Shown: positions 49,153 to 59,245, counted from the stretch's first letter. The stretch is 64,000 nucleotides of DNA from a virus (IMGVR_UViG_3300028602_000005:146137-210136); one strand, 5' to 3'. The notes: generated by a model not told the origin, from the sequence alone. Numbers and translations: made by a program.

Positions 49153-50019
49153 CTAAATAATATATTTTCCATTTAAACCGTTTTCAATACCTTTCCAGTT
49201 AATACTTATAGCATCACTTTTATGTATTGATTCTTCATGTCTACATTTAACTAACCAATCTATAATAAAATCACTTTCTTCTAAAACTTTTGATATTTTT
49301 CTAATACTATCCTCAACAAACATTGTATTTTCTTTCGCAATTAAAGCCATATGCATTTCATCTATCCTTTTAATTATTGGATAAGGTATTGTAACTATTT
49401 CATTTTCTATCATTTTTACCAAATCCTCTATCCATAAAGTTTTTAATTGATTTACTTCTACAATTACATTTGCAAAAGATCTTTGAGCATGTGGATATCC
49501 AATTTTTTTACTATTTATAAATGAATAATCACAAAGAGATTCTGAACAAGGACAATAAGATGCATATTGAATTTCAACTCTTTCATAAAATTTAAAACCA
49601 TTGTTTGTTAATCTTCCTTCAAAGGAACAAGGATAATAAACAGGGAAAATATATTCTGAGACAGGTGATTTTTTATCTATTGGATAATTAAAATCAAATC
49701 TTATAAAACTCTCTTTTGAATTTTCACCTATATGTGTTAAAAATGACCTTAACATTTCTTCAATTTTTTTATGTTTTAAAGGATTTGAAAGGAAAGGTAT
49801 AAGTGTCCTATGAAGTCTGGACATACTTATACCTCTCACAGAATCATTTAAATCTACACACATTGTAACATTTGATAAAATATTTATTAATTCATTATTA
49901 TAAGGTCTTTCTATTTTTATCGGAACTTGAATATTTTGAACACCCACAGTATTTATATACATTTTTATTTTAGGTTGTTCTTTTTGAATATCTGGTAAAT
50001 AATTTAAATCATCTTCCAT
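49153..50019 (-). CDS. folE2: GTP cyclohydrolase IB
   Basis: LPDIQ, RGISMSRL, SPVS, CPCS, PHAQRS, KR.DE, FVED and ESIH motifs. Confidence 0.93.
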   Translation of the reverse strand: MEDDLNYLPDIQKEQPKIKMYINTVGVQNIQVPIKIERPYNNELINILSNVTMCVDLNDSVRGISMSRLHRTLIPFLSNPLKHKKIEEMLRSFLTHIGENSKESFIRFDFNYPIDKKSPVSEYIFPVYYPCSFEGRLTNNGFKFYERVEIQYASYCPCSESLCDYSFINSKKIGYPHAQRSFANVIVEVNQLKTLWIEDLVKMIENEIVTIPYPIIKRIDEMHMALIAKENTMFVEDSIRKISKVLEESDFIIDWLVKCRHEESIHKSDAISINWKGIENGLNGKYII

Positions 50020-50029
50020 AATATTTCAT

Positions 50030-53000
50030 TTATTTTCCCTTCAAATTAAGATTTAAAGCTGTCATATAAGCCTTTAATAATTTTACAGATTCTGGTTCCA
50101 ATAAACTATTATCTATTTCTTTGGGGAGCGAAAAATCAGGATCAATTTGAGATCTAACAAACATACTTTTAAGCTCTATACAATCAGATTTTAAAGTGAT
50201 CATTTCATTTAAATTTTCTAATCCATTATGAGCTATTATACAAGCTGTTTCCATTTCTCCACATCTTTGACCACCTTTATTTTTTCTCCCACTTATAGGT
50301 TGAAATGTTCTTCTTAAATAATTTCCACCAATGCTTCTAGCTGATAATTTTTCTTCTGCGATATGAACCATTTTAAAGAAATACATCCATCCTGTTGTTA
50401 TTTCTTCTTGTATATCTTCACCACTTATCATATCTTTTAATTTATTTCTCATCCGAGTTTGTGTATATTTTAACGCTTCTATTATTTGATCTCTATTTGA
50501 AGACTCAAAAGGTGGTTGCATTATATTTAATTTTTCTATAAATTCTTTATTTATTTCAATTTTGTCTAGCTCTTTACAAAATTGATTATAATACCAATTG
50601 CCATTAGTATTATCTATTATTTTAATGTAATCAGATAAATATTTTTTTAATTCTTCTTGATTTTCTTTTGAATATTTATTGGATAATCTTTTAAACATTT
50701 CAGTTTTAAGATCATTTAAAGATGAAGTTAAATGTAATTCAAATAATTGTCCAAAATTCATTCTGGATAAAAATCCTAATGGATTCAAACAAATATCAAC
50801 ATGTCTTCCATCTTTCAATTTTGGCATTTGATCGTAAGGTAATATATTTGAAATTGTTCCTTTGTTTCCATGTCTATTCCCTATTTTATCACCAACTTCA
50901 AGTTCTCTTGTATAAAAGGCATCTACTTTAACATATATACCATTTATTAATTCACCTTTTATTTTAAATTTTCCAGTATTATTTGAAAATTTATCTAAGC
51001 TATTATCATTTATAAAATCTTTTGCTTGTTCTTCCGGTAAATATTTATAAATTATATTTTGTAGTTTTTTCTCTTCATTTATTTGTAGTTCAACCTTTTT
51101 AGATATATAATCAGCATATCTTTTTATTGAATCATTATAAGTATTTACATAAAGTTCTACATTATAAATTAAAACATTGTTTGTTTTTTCAGTATATAAT
51201 TTTTCAGAATCTTTTAATAAAGTATAATAATCTATAGGACCATTTGGTATTTTTTTCATAATAGCATATGGCTGTTCAATATTCCTACATACATATTTTT
51301 CTAAATTTTCATTTTTACATATCTCTTTTTTAACACCAATTTCTTCAAATATTTTTTGAAAATCTGGATTAGGTAAAGGAATATAATCATTATCTGATAG
51401 ACTTAAAAGAATAGCATCTGGAGGTATAGTGAATGATAAATCTAAATGATGTATAGATCTAAATTTATGTTTTACTCTATCCGAAATAACAATTCCGTCT
51501 TCATAATTAAAGCCATGAAAAGGCATTACTGCGGTTAATAAATTTCTTCCAAAAATTATTTTTTTCTCTTCATTACTTATAAAACTACCTCTTACAATAA
51601 TATCTCCTTTTTGAAATTCAGAACCTACGTCAAGATTACTATAATAATCTAAGTTTTCAGTATAAATATTTTTTATACCTATATTGAATATTTCATCTTC
51701 GCCATCTATATATTTTACAATTATGAAATTATTATTTACAAAGACCACTTTTCCATCATTTTTTGCCAATCTTACAGATTGAGTTTTATCACTGTAAAGT
51801 GATTCAACTCCCGCTTCTATCATAGGTTTATCAAATGATGTTAAAAGAATTGCTTGTCTCATTTGCGATGCTGCCATTTGTAGTCTTGTTTGATCGTTAT
51901 TTCTTAAGAATGGTGTAAATGAAACAGGAATAGAAACTTTTTCTTCTGCCAGTTCTTCTGAAAATTTTAAATTATTATCTAATTTTACATTAGGTAATAA
52001 ATTATGAAGAATACCACAATTTTCTCTATCCGGTGTATCAACAACACAAACTCTTCCGAACATAGAATCATCTATATCTCTCAAATATCTTGGAACATTT
52101 GCCTTTTTAAAACCACCTGGTCCTAATAAACTTATTCTTGATAATTTAGTTAATTCTTCTATAGGATTTATTGAAAAATCAAATTGAATTATATCTGAAA
52201 TATTTGATTCGCTTAATATTTGTTTAGTATTTATATTAAATTTTGGTTTTCTGGTAGTTCTATTTGCTACGCAAAAATCAAAAATTATTTTGGCATATTT
52301 TGATAGTATTATATATTCAAAACATCTAACTCTTTTATTAATTAAATTTATATCATCGAATTCTTCTGATTTTATCGCATAAATTAATTCATCTATGATA
52401 TTTTCAGTATGAAAAAATTGTTTAGATGGTAAATCAATTTTACTTATAAGATCTAAAGAATACATAAAATCACTGGCTTTAGATTTATTTGAATTGAATG
52501 ATAAATATTTTGCGATATCATCTAAGAAATCTTCTTTTTTAAATCCTTCAGATCCTTCACAAAAATCTTTAAGATCATATATCAATTTTCCAAATGTTGT
52601 ATCGGTCTTAATATCTTCAGCTTTTATGTTATCTAAATCAAACATCTTACGTGTTTCTTCTATTCCATATTTACATAAAATAATTAAAACTAAAGGTACT
52701 TTTCTACCAAAAGCAGATAACCTAACAAAAGGAAATTTTTTAAATTCTTCAACAACAAATGTTAAGATATTAGTTCTTAACTTTATTGTTTTTCCTCTAG
52801 TAACTATAGGAATATCAAACATTTGAAATAATGGTAATTTCTTTTTACCACCAATAATAAAGTAATTATCATCTATCAATCTAGGTATTAATAAACTTAA
52901 ATCTATATCTTTACTATTTTTTCTTAATTTAACTATAAATTTTTGACTTATTGTTTTGAATAATTCATTTGATCTTGATTTAACATTTTTTATTCCAAAC

Positions 53001-53137
53001 TCAATTACTTCAAATCCTATTTCTTCAGCAGGAATTAACATATTTCTGACTATTTGTTCAACTTTATCTAAATCATTTTTTCTCAAATTAAAAATATTAT
53101 TTTCCTGAAGTTTATATCTTGGATTTATTATTTCCAT
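50030..53137 (-). CDS. rpoB: Phage DNA-directed RNA polymerase beta subunit
   Basis: GPGG, GRVC.VDTPD, MAASQMRQA, GFNYEDG, GDKIGNRHGNKG, NPLG..SRMN.GQ and GGQRCGEME motifs. Confidence 0.95.
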   Translation of the reverse strand: MEIINPRYKLQENNIFNLRKNDLDKVEQIVRNMLIPAEEIGFEVIEFGIKNVKSRSNELFKTISQKFIVKLRKNSKDIDLSLLIPRLIDDNYFIIGGKKKLPLFQMFDIPIVTRGKTIKLRTNILTFVVEEFKKFPFVRLSAFGRKVPLVLIILCKYGIEETRKMFDLDNIKAEDIKTDTTFGKLIYDLKDFCEGSEGFKKEDFLDDIAKYLSFNSNKSKASDFMYSLDLISKIDLPSKQFFHTENIIDELIYAIKSEEFDDINLINKRVRCFEYIILSKYAKIIFDFCVANRTTRKPKFNINTKQILSESNISDIIQFDFSINPIEELTKLSRISLLGPGGFKKANVPRYLRDIDDSMFGRVCVVDTPDRENCGILHNLLPNVKLDNNLKFSEELAEEKVSIPVSFTPFLRNNDQTRLQMAASQMRQAILLTSFDKPMIEAGVESLYSDKTQSVRLAKNDGKVVFVNNNFIIVKYIDGEDEIFNIGIKNIYTENLDYYSNLDVGSEFQKGDIIVRGSFISNEEKKIIFGRNLLTAVMPFHGFNYEDGIVISDRVKHKFRSIHHLDLSFTIPPDAILLSLSDNDYIPLPNPDFQKIFEEIGVKKEICKNENLEKYVCRNIEQPYAIMKKIPNGPIDYYTLLKDSEKLYTEKTNNVLIYNVELYVNTYNDSIKRYADYISKKVELQINEEKKLQNIIYKYLPEEQAKDFINDNSLDKFSNNTGKFKIKGELINGIYVKVDAFYTRELEVGDKIGNRHGNKGTISNILPYDQMPKLKDGRHVDICLNPLGFLSRMNFGQLFELHLTSSLNDLKTEMFKRLSNKYSKENQEELKKYLSDYIKIIDNTNGNWYYNQFCKELDKIEINKEFIEKLNIMQPPFESSNRDQIIEALKYTQTRMRNKLKDMISGEDIQEEITTGWMYFFKMVHIAEEKLSARSIGGNYLRRTFQPISGRKNKGGQRCGEMETACIIAHNGLENLNEMITLKSDCIELKSMFVRSQIDPDFSLPKEIDNSLLEPESVKLLKAYMTALNLNLKGK

Positions 53138-53173
53138 ATTTTCTCCTAATCTTTTATATTTTGTGAGTTATTT

Positions 53174-53374
53174 TTAAATTTTAAATTTTATGGAAATCGC
53201 TATAGCTAATGTTATAAATGTTGAGTTGGTGATATAAAAATTTAACTGATGTAAATTCTTATATTCACCATAATTTTGAAAATATATAGTTTCAAATATG
53301 AAACAAATAATAAATATTATAAAACAAATTAATAAAATAATTTTAAAACTTTTATTTTCATTATTTTTATTCAT
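53174..53374 (-). CDS. Small two-TM membrane protein between the RNAP subunits
   Basis: Start MNKNNENK overlaps the beta' stop; two hydrophobic helices. Confidence 0.5.
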   Translation of the reverse strand: MNKNNENKSFKIILLICFIIFIICFIFETIYFQNYGEYKNLHQLNFYITNSTFITLAIAISIKFKI

Positions 53375-56096
53375 TACAAACATTCTCTCCAAAAACCATT
53401 TGATCATATTTACCATAATAATTATATTCATTTTCTTTAAGTCCATCGAGCATACTTTTCTTAGGATTTGAAAATCCAAAACCTACTGCCCAACTTTCTT
53501 TTTCTGGAACACTTTGGATACTATAAAATATCGGTTTAATCTTATTTCTATTTGGATGCAATCTCCATTTTATTCTTCCAACCCACATTAACTGCGCTAC
53601 AATACACTCTATATGAACAAAATTAATATCTTTACTTGAATTATAAATATTAAATAATTTTGAAACAAATAAAGGTAAATTTTCGTGAACTTTTTCAGGA
53701 GTTTTAATATGTAATAATTTTGAAACTTGAGATAAATTATCTATAATATCTGTTTGCATCATATTTGAATTTTCTTCATGCATAACAGCAACGCCAGATG
53801 TATGAAATACTCTCAATATTAATTGAGTATTTATTTCACCCAAACTTTGTGCGGCAATTACTCCTATGAAAGGACTGTGTAATTTTTCATGTAGTCTGCC
53901 ATAACATTTATCGCAAATTTTTTCATTTTGACAATAAATAGGACTTCTTAAATTTATTTTCTTTTTTATTATTTCTTTATAATTTTCATTTGTAATTTCA
54001 ATTAAAATTTTACCATCTGAATAAAACCTTCCAATTAACATTTCAGCTTGTTTTTTATTTTCTATTTTTATTTTGAGATAATCAGTAGTTCCACAATCAG
54101 AAGGACTTTTATCTTTCATTAAATTTATAGCTGTAAATATTAATTTTCTAGATTGATACCCAGATGTTCCGGTATTTATAGCAACATCAAGAAGACCTTT
54201 TCTACATCCATATGTAGATATGAAAAATTCTCTTTCTGTTAAACCATCTAATAAACTGTTTTTTACAGGTTCTTTTAAAATTTTACCTTCGAAATTTGAA
54301 ATAAACCCTCTTGTTAAGAGAACTTGTCTAGCTTGATCCCATTTTCCTCTCGCTCCAGAATATATCAAATATGAAAAATCACAATTATCTTTAACTATAT
54401 TTTCAATGTCTTTTCTTGACACATTCATAACTTGTTTAGAAATTTCTTCTTCACTATAAATACTATCTCTTAAAAAATTTAATTCATTACTACTTAAATT
54501 TATCAAATCTAATGAAATTGTTGATCCATATAAAGTCGCATATTTAAAACCCATATCTTTTATATTATCAAGAACTTTTGAAGTAACATCAGATGAATAA
54601 GAATTTTTAATTTTATTTAATAAATCTAATAATTTATTTTTATCTACCACTTCATTTATAACTTCATAATCTTCTGGAAGACATCTATTAAATAATTCTC
54701 TACCTTTAGTAATTTCCACACCTTTAAAATTAACCTTTTCATTTAATTTATTTATTTTATTATTAGTTAATAAATATACTCCCAAAACAATATCTTGACT
54801 AGGTGTTAATGTTAAATCTTGATTTGCTGGATGAAATAAATTCTTTGAAGGGAGGAATTTTTCCAGAATCTCATTTTTAGTTTTTTCAGAAACTGGAATA
54901 TATACTGCCATTTGATCCCCATCAAAATCTGCATTATATGGTGAACAAACTAGTGGGTGAATTTTTATAACATTATCATGAGAAAGTTTTATTTTAAAAC
55001 CTAAAATACTTAATCTGTGAAGTGATGGTTGTCTATTTAATAAACAAACTTCATTTTCTATAATCTCTTCACATATAGGATATAATTCATAATTTTTAGA
55101 ATCAATACAATTTTCTATATAATTGAGTGCTCTTGGTAATTGACCAAATCTTCCCAATTGAAGTAGTCTTTTCGCAACTTGAACTTTAAATAATTCTAAA
55201 ACCATAAAATATGGTAAAACACATTCATCTAAATTTAAGCTTGGATCTGCTGATATAACTGCTCTACCTGAAAAATCTATTCTCTTACCTAAAATATTTC
55301 CCCTTAATAAACCTTCTTTCTTTGGAAATTTTTCTATTATATGTTCATACAATTCAAATATATCTTTTTGAAATTGTCTAAAATAATTATAATATAAAGT
55401 TTTATCATTAATAATATCTATAATAGTAGATTTTAAAGATTCTTTTTTAATTAGTAATTGCATATAATATTTATTAATTTTATCAACTATTTGATTCTCA
55501 ACAATAGCTGCTCTAGTGGAAGGTCTTAACTCAGGGGGAAGGACAATTATTTTATTTATTAAAAAATTATCTATATTATCTAAAAACATTTTCCAATCAG
55601 GACTTTTAGTTTCAGCATAAACATCTAAAGCTAAAATTTTTACAAATTCAAAAATAGCATCTGTTCGTTCCCATACTTTTATACTTAAATCGTTAGGTCT
55701 TTCATTTGAAACATATAAACCATCTTTATCTTTACATAAAAAACTTTTCTCATCTTTCATTAATTTATTTAAAAATTCTTTAACACTATTTCCAGCTAAA
55801 TTAATAAATAAATCATACATTATAGGATTAACAACTTTCATTGGTAGAACTATTTTGGCAAACCTTCTTCTTCTTTCAGAACTAGAAGATATTACCATTT
55901 TACAAACAGGACACTTTTCGCCTTCTCTAGATTTACCAAAATAAGTACCACATTCACAAGTATAACTCTTCAAAGGACCAAAAATTTTCTCAGAATATAA
56001 ACCATTTGGATCAAATTTATTTTTTGAAAGTATTTTTATTGAAGATACTTCTGGTAAATTCTCACAGAATTCTTCAACATTTAAAATTTTCAGCAT
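53367..56096 (-). CDS. rpoC: Phage DNA-directed RNA polymerase beta' subunit
   Basis: GLYSEKIFGP, Zn ribbon, LPPELRP, GKRIDFSGRAVI, NRQPSLH, catalytic YNADFDGD, bridge helix and trigger loop (TQLILRVFHTSG). Confidence 0.96.
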   Translation of the reverse strand: MLKILNVEEFCENLPEVSSIKILSKNKFDPNGLYSEKIFGPLKSYTCECGTYFGKSREGEKCPVCKMVISSSSERRRRFAKIVLPMKVVNPIMYDLFINLAGNSVKEFLNKLMKDEKSFLCKDKDGLYVSNERPNDLSIKVWERTDAIFEFVKILALDVYAETKSPDWKMFLDNIDNFLINKIIVLPPELRPSTRAAIVENQIVDKINKYYMQLLIKKESLKSTIIDIINDKTLYYNYFRQFQKDIFELYEHIIEKFPKKEGLLRGNILGKRIDFSGRAVISADPSLNLDECVLPYFMVLELFKVQVAKRLLQLGRFGQLPRALNYIENCIDSKNYELYPICEEIIENEVCLLNRQPSLHRLSILGFKIKLSHDNVIKIHPLVCSPYNADFDGDQMAVYIPVSEKTKNEILEKFLPSKNLFHPANQDLTLTPSQDIVLGVYLLTNNKINKLNEKVNFKGVEITKGRELFNRCLPEDYEVINEVVDKNKLLDLLNKIKNSYSSDVTSKVLDNIKDMGFKYATLYGSTISLDLINLSSNELNFLRDSIYSEEEISKQVMNVSRKDIENIVKDNCDFSYLIYSGARGKWDQARQVLLTRGFISNFEGKILKEPVKNSLLDGLTEREFFISTYGCRKGLLDVAINTGTSGYQSRKLIFTAINLMKDKSPSDCGTTDYLKIKIENKKQAEMLIGRFYSDGKILIEITNENYKEIIKKKINLRSPIYCQNEKICDKCYGRLHEKLHSPFIGVIAAQSLGEINTQLILRVFHTSGVAVMHEENSNMMQTDIIDNLSQVSKLLHIKTPEKVHENLPLFVSKLFNIYNSSKDINFVHIECIVAQLMWVGRIKWRLHPNRNKIKPIFYSIQSVPEKESWAVGFGFSNPKKSMLDGLKENEYNYYGKYDQMVFGENVCNE

Positions 56097-56105
56097 TGTT
56101 TCTCC

Positions 56106-56363
56106 TTATAATTTAATATCATTAAGAGTAATTTCCTTTTTTCTTTCAGTATCTGAAAGAATTTTCAAAAAGAATTCATTAATTTGTTTATTTACTTCTT
56201 CTTCAACCTTTTTATTTAAATAGTCATTAAAACATTCAACTATTTCCTTTGCTTTTTCTTTGTTTAACTCTTCATTTAGTTTTGTAACTAATTGTTTGAT
56301 TTCTTCATATAAATCAATTTCAAATTTATTAAATACTTTAGATAAAGTTTCTTTATCATTCAT
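56106..56363 (-). CDS. Small helical hypothetical protein
   Basis: 85 aa, overlaps the preceding gene. Confidence 0.6.
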   Translation of the reverse strand: MNDKETLSKVFNKFEIDLYEEIKQLVTKLNEELNKEKAKEIVECFNDYLNKKVEEEVNKQINEFFLKILSDTERKKEITLNDIKL

Positions 56364-56559
56364 CTTCCTTTTTAATATCCTCCTTTTCTATTTCTTTAAT
56401 ATTTAGGATTTCATTTAAGGATTTATTTACATCACTTTTTAAATTATTAAATAATTTATCAACCGTTTTTACAATTATTGGTGATATTTCTTTTAAAAAT
56501 TCTTTTGTTGTTTTTTCAACTACTTTTATTAATACATCATTTATAATCTTCATTTTCAA
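56356..56559 (-). CDS. Small helical hypothetical protein
   Basis: 67 aa, GGAGG SD. Confidence 0.55.
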   Translation of the reverse strand: MKMKIINDVLIKVVEKTTKEFLKEISPIIVKTVDKLFNNLKSDVNKSLNEILNIKEIEKEDIKKEDE

Positions 56560-56914
56560 ATATTACCTCCAACCAGGGTCTAAAATAACAGTCGTCATAA
56601 TTGAATATTCTTAAAAAATATTCAATCTTATTACATATTTCATCTAAATTTTCTACTTCAACTACTTCTTCATAAATATTATCAGGAAAACAAAATTCAT
56701 TAGTTTCTGGATTTGCATTTGGGTGTCTACAATCTAAAAAAACATTTTTTATTTTTAAATCATCTGAAAGAATAATAGTATATGAATTAATTACAAAATC
56801 TTCAGTTAATGATTTAATATTTTTAATTCTACGATTATCTATAACTTTTGTAGGAACTATTCTCTTATCCACTATAATTTTTCTAAATTCTCTTAATTTC
56901 GCTTTCAGCATCAC
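56537..56914 (-). CDS. Putative minimal E2 (UBC-fold)-like protein
   Basis: HPNANPETNEFC matches the E2 HPN...C signature; overlaps the E1-like gene. Confidence 0.5.
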   Translation of the reverse strand: MMLKAKLREFRKIIVDKRIVPTKVIDNRRIKNIKSLTEDFVINSYTIILSDDLKIKNVFLDCRHPNANPETNEFCFPDNIYEEVVEVENLDEICNKIEYFLRIFNYDDCYFRPWLEVIFENEDYK

Positions 56915-57792
56915 GCTGCTCCCGTTTCTGGTATTAACTCTATCATTTTATTTACTTTAGAAAAAGATACTAAATAACTTTGATATGGTAAATTTGATTT
57001 TTCTATTAAATCACCTAAATATGAAAATATTTCTTCTTCTTCTTTAAAAAATTTAGAATCTACTTTTCTATGGTAAAAATAAGCTTCTCTATCACCAATA
57101 TAGATATTTATATCATTTTTATTATTTTCTATTAATATATTTTTAGAATTATCGATTAAATCAGGAAATAAATCAAAATATTTTTTATCTGAATCTAATA
57201 TTAATTCTTGAGATTTATTGTTTTTATTTATTTTATTGATAATAGATCTACTTATATAATCTAGATCTATTTTATGCTGCATACCTTTTTTCATTAAACT
57301 ATCTATGATTCCACTGAATATAAAATTTGTAACACATAACGCAGCATTTTTCAAGTCATTTTTTTTCAAAATAGCAGTATATTTACCTTCAATATTTTTA
57401 TCAAAAATAATATTTTTCCTACAATCTATAATTACATATCTACCTGAAATATAAGTTCTAATATCTATTAAATCATTTCTATTATAATTAAAATCTCTTG
57501 AATCTATCACTAAATCATATTTATCATCTAAAATAGTTTCATTTTCTATGAATTTTTCATTCATTTTAATAATTTGAATTTCTTCATTATCTATTTTTAT
57601 CAATTTTTCCAAAACATCAACTTTATATTTTCCAACATCTTTCTTTTTATATATACTATTTTTTATATTCCTTTCATCGACAATATCATAATCGATAATT
57701 AATATTTTTTCTATACCTTCTGTTTCTGATATAAATTTGGCAATGAAACCTCCAAGAGTTCCAAGTCCAATTACTGCAATTTTTTTAAACAC
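56911..57792 (-). CDS. ThiF/E1-like adenylyltransferase (second copy)
   Basis: VIGLGTLG, IDYDIVDERNI, DVGKYKVD and YDLVID motifs. Confidence 0.85.
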   Translation of the reverse strand: MFKKIAVIGLGTLGGFIAKFISETEGIEKILIIDYDIVDERNIKNSIYKKKDVGKYKVDVLEKLIKIDNEEIQIIKMNEKFIENETILDDKYDLVIDSRDFNYNRNDLIDIRTYISGRYVIIDCRKNIIFDKNIEGKYTAILKKNDLKNAALCVTNFIFSGIIDSLMKKGMQHKIDLDYISRSIINKINKNNKSQELILDSDKKYFDLFPDLIDNSKNILIENNKNDINIYIGDREAYFYHRKVDSKFFKEEEEIFSYLGDLIEKSNLPYQSYLVSFSKVNKMIELIPETGAA

Positions 57793-57810
57793 TTATAAAA
57801 ATCCTCCACA

Positions 57811-58077
57811 TTAAATTATAGTAATTTTTTCATTTTTTGACATTTCCTTCGCTTTTTCGCATATTTCATCCAATTCATCTTTTAATAAATAAATTTCTTT
57901 TAAAGATAATCTACCCAACTTCAAAAATTTTTCATCTCCATCATTTATGTTTTTTCTTGAAAGTTGAATCTTTGGATCACCATTATTATATGACATAATA
58001 GAAATATCTATAAAAGAATTTTCCGAAACTTCTATTGTTTTTTTAAATAAACAAACATCTTTTGATTTATCGAACAC
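57811..58077 (-). CDS. Putative PC4/YdbC-like ssDNA-binding protein
   Basis: ISIMSYNNGDPKIQLSR...KLGRLSLKE pattern. Confidence 0.55.
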   Translation of the reverse strand: MFDKSKDVCLFKKTIEVSENSFIDISIMSYNNGDPKIQLSRKNINDGDEKFLKLGRLSLKEIYLLKDELDEICEKAKEMSKNEKITII

Positions 58078-58105
58078 GAAAAAAAATCTCCTTTTTAAAT
58101 TTAAT

Positions 58106-58142
58106 AATCCATAGATGAAGAATATATCTTCATCTATGGATT
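58106..58142 (-). terminator. Hairpin or terminator
   Basis: AATCCATAGATGAAGA/TCTTCATCTATGGATT. Confidence 0.7.
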
Positions 58143-58151
58143 TTATATTAT

Positions 58152-58691
58152 TTACTTACTTGAAATATATATTTCTGAATTTGTTGGGGTTGGCATATAA
58201 TAAGCTTTATAAGGAAAAATAGAAGCTAATAATACCATTGGATAATATTGAGGAATTTCAACATTTAGATATGGCTCTCTTTTTAAAACTTCAATTTCAT
58301 TGTTTTTTACAGGAATAAATTTTATTTTATAATTTAAACCACTTTCGTTTAAATTTTTTACCAAATTTTGAATTTCATCAGAAGAATCAAATTTAAATAA
58401 TTTATTTAAAATGCGATTTCTTCTATTCATTATATTTACAAGATTTATAACAGAGTTATTTTTTTCGTTTTTATAAGCGTCATAAGCTCTTGAAAATGAT
58501 CTACCTCTTCCTTCCACTTTATGATGGTTATCTAAAATTGATCTAATAGAGATTCCTCTTGAAACAATTCGATCACCTACAATTAAAAGGCATACGGTAG
58601 CATATGCTCCGAGAATTGGTGATCTTAGATAATAAAATTTTGCCTTATCTACACCAATTTCCTTACATTTCTCATTAATATCAACCTTCAT
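58152..58691 (-). CDS. Hypothetical protein
   Basis: 179 aa; TVCLL...SRGISIRSILD...EGR motif. Confidence 0.65.
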   Translation of the reverse strand: MKVDINEKCKEIGVDKAKFYYLRSPILGAYATVCLLIVGDRIVSRGISIRSILDNHHKVEGRGRSFSRAYDAYKNEKNNSVINLVNIMNRRNRILNKLFKFDSSDEIQNLVKNLNESGLNYKIKFIPVKNNEIEVLKREPYLNVEIPQYYPMVLLASIFPYKAYYMPTPTNSEIYISSK

Positions 58692-58720
58692 AATACAATC
58701 CTCTTTCTTTTTATATTATA

Positions 58721-58744
58721 GGGGGTAGTTAAAAAACTACCCCC
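58721..58744 (-). terminator. Hairpin or terminator after the Ubl gene
   Basis: GGGGGTAGTT/AACTACCCCC. Confidence 0.7.
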
Positions 58745-58762
58745 ATAAATATTCCCTAAATA

Positions 58763-59245
58763 TTAACCCTTCTGGCCAGAAGGACGAACAAATTCAACCT
58801 TATCTTCTGACTTAAGGATTTCTGAACCCTTAACAATCTTCCCATTGAGAACGATTGTAGAAGCAGGATTAATATTAAGAATATCCTTAAGAACAGCAAA
58901 ACCCTCTTCAATAGACATTCCACTGAGAGGATATTCACCAACGAATGCTCCATAAGAAACAAAAACATTCTTACTGTATTTCATTCCATCAGGCGCATTT
59001 TCATCCTTAAGAGTAGCATTGACGCTAACTGAAACAACTTTAGGCATTCCTGTGCTTACAACAGTTGCCGCTGTTTCTTTCGCAGGACCATCTGCTGAAC
59101 GCAACACTGTATCTTGAGATGAAATAATTTTTGAAATAATTTCACTCTTTGTCATTTTTGATGCATTGGGAATGTTCTTCTGAAGACATATTACTCTTAA
59201 TTCTCTTGTGGTCTTGTTTTCCAGTTCTACTTGTGTGTAATTCAT
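58763..59245 (-). CDS. Rho-N/HeH-like domain fused to a ubiquitin-like (beta-grasp) domain
   Basis: N-term LENKTTRELRVIC...SKMTKSEII; C-term VLNG...LKSEDKVEFVRPSGQKG ending in Gly. Confidence 0.8.
   Translation of the reverse strand: MNYTQVELENKTTRELRVICLQKNIPNASKMTKSEIISKIISSQDTVLRSADGPAKETAATVVSTGMPKVVSVSVNATLKDENAPDGMKYSKNVFVSYGAFVGEYPLSGMSIEEGFAVLKDILNINPASTIVLNGKIVKGSEILKSEDKVEFVRPSGQKG

Noticed and set aside
50030-56096. Bacterial chromosomal rpoBC or a chimeric contig
   Set aside because: Reverse gene order, shortened subunits, no ribosomal protein neighbours, and the same composition as the phage structural genes.
33859-56096. Introns or inteins in terL or RNAP
   Set aside because: The ORFs are continuous with normal motif spacing and show no intein splice motifs.
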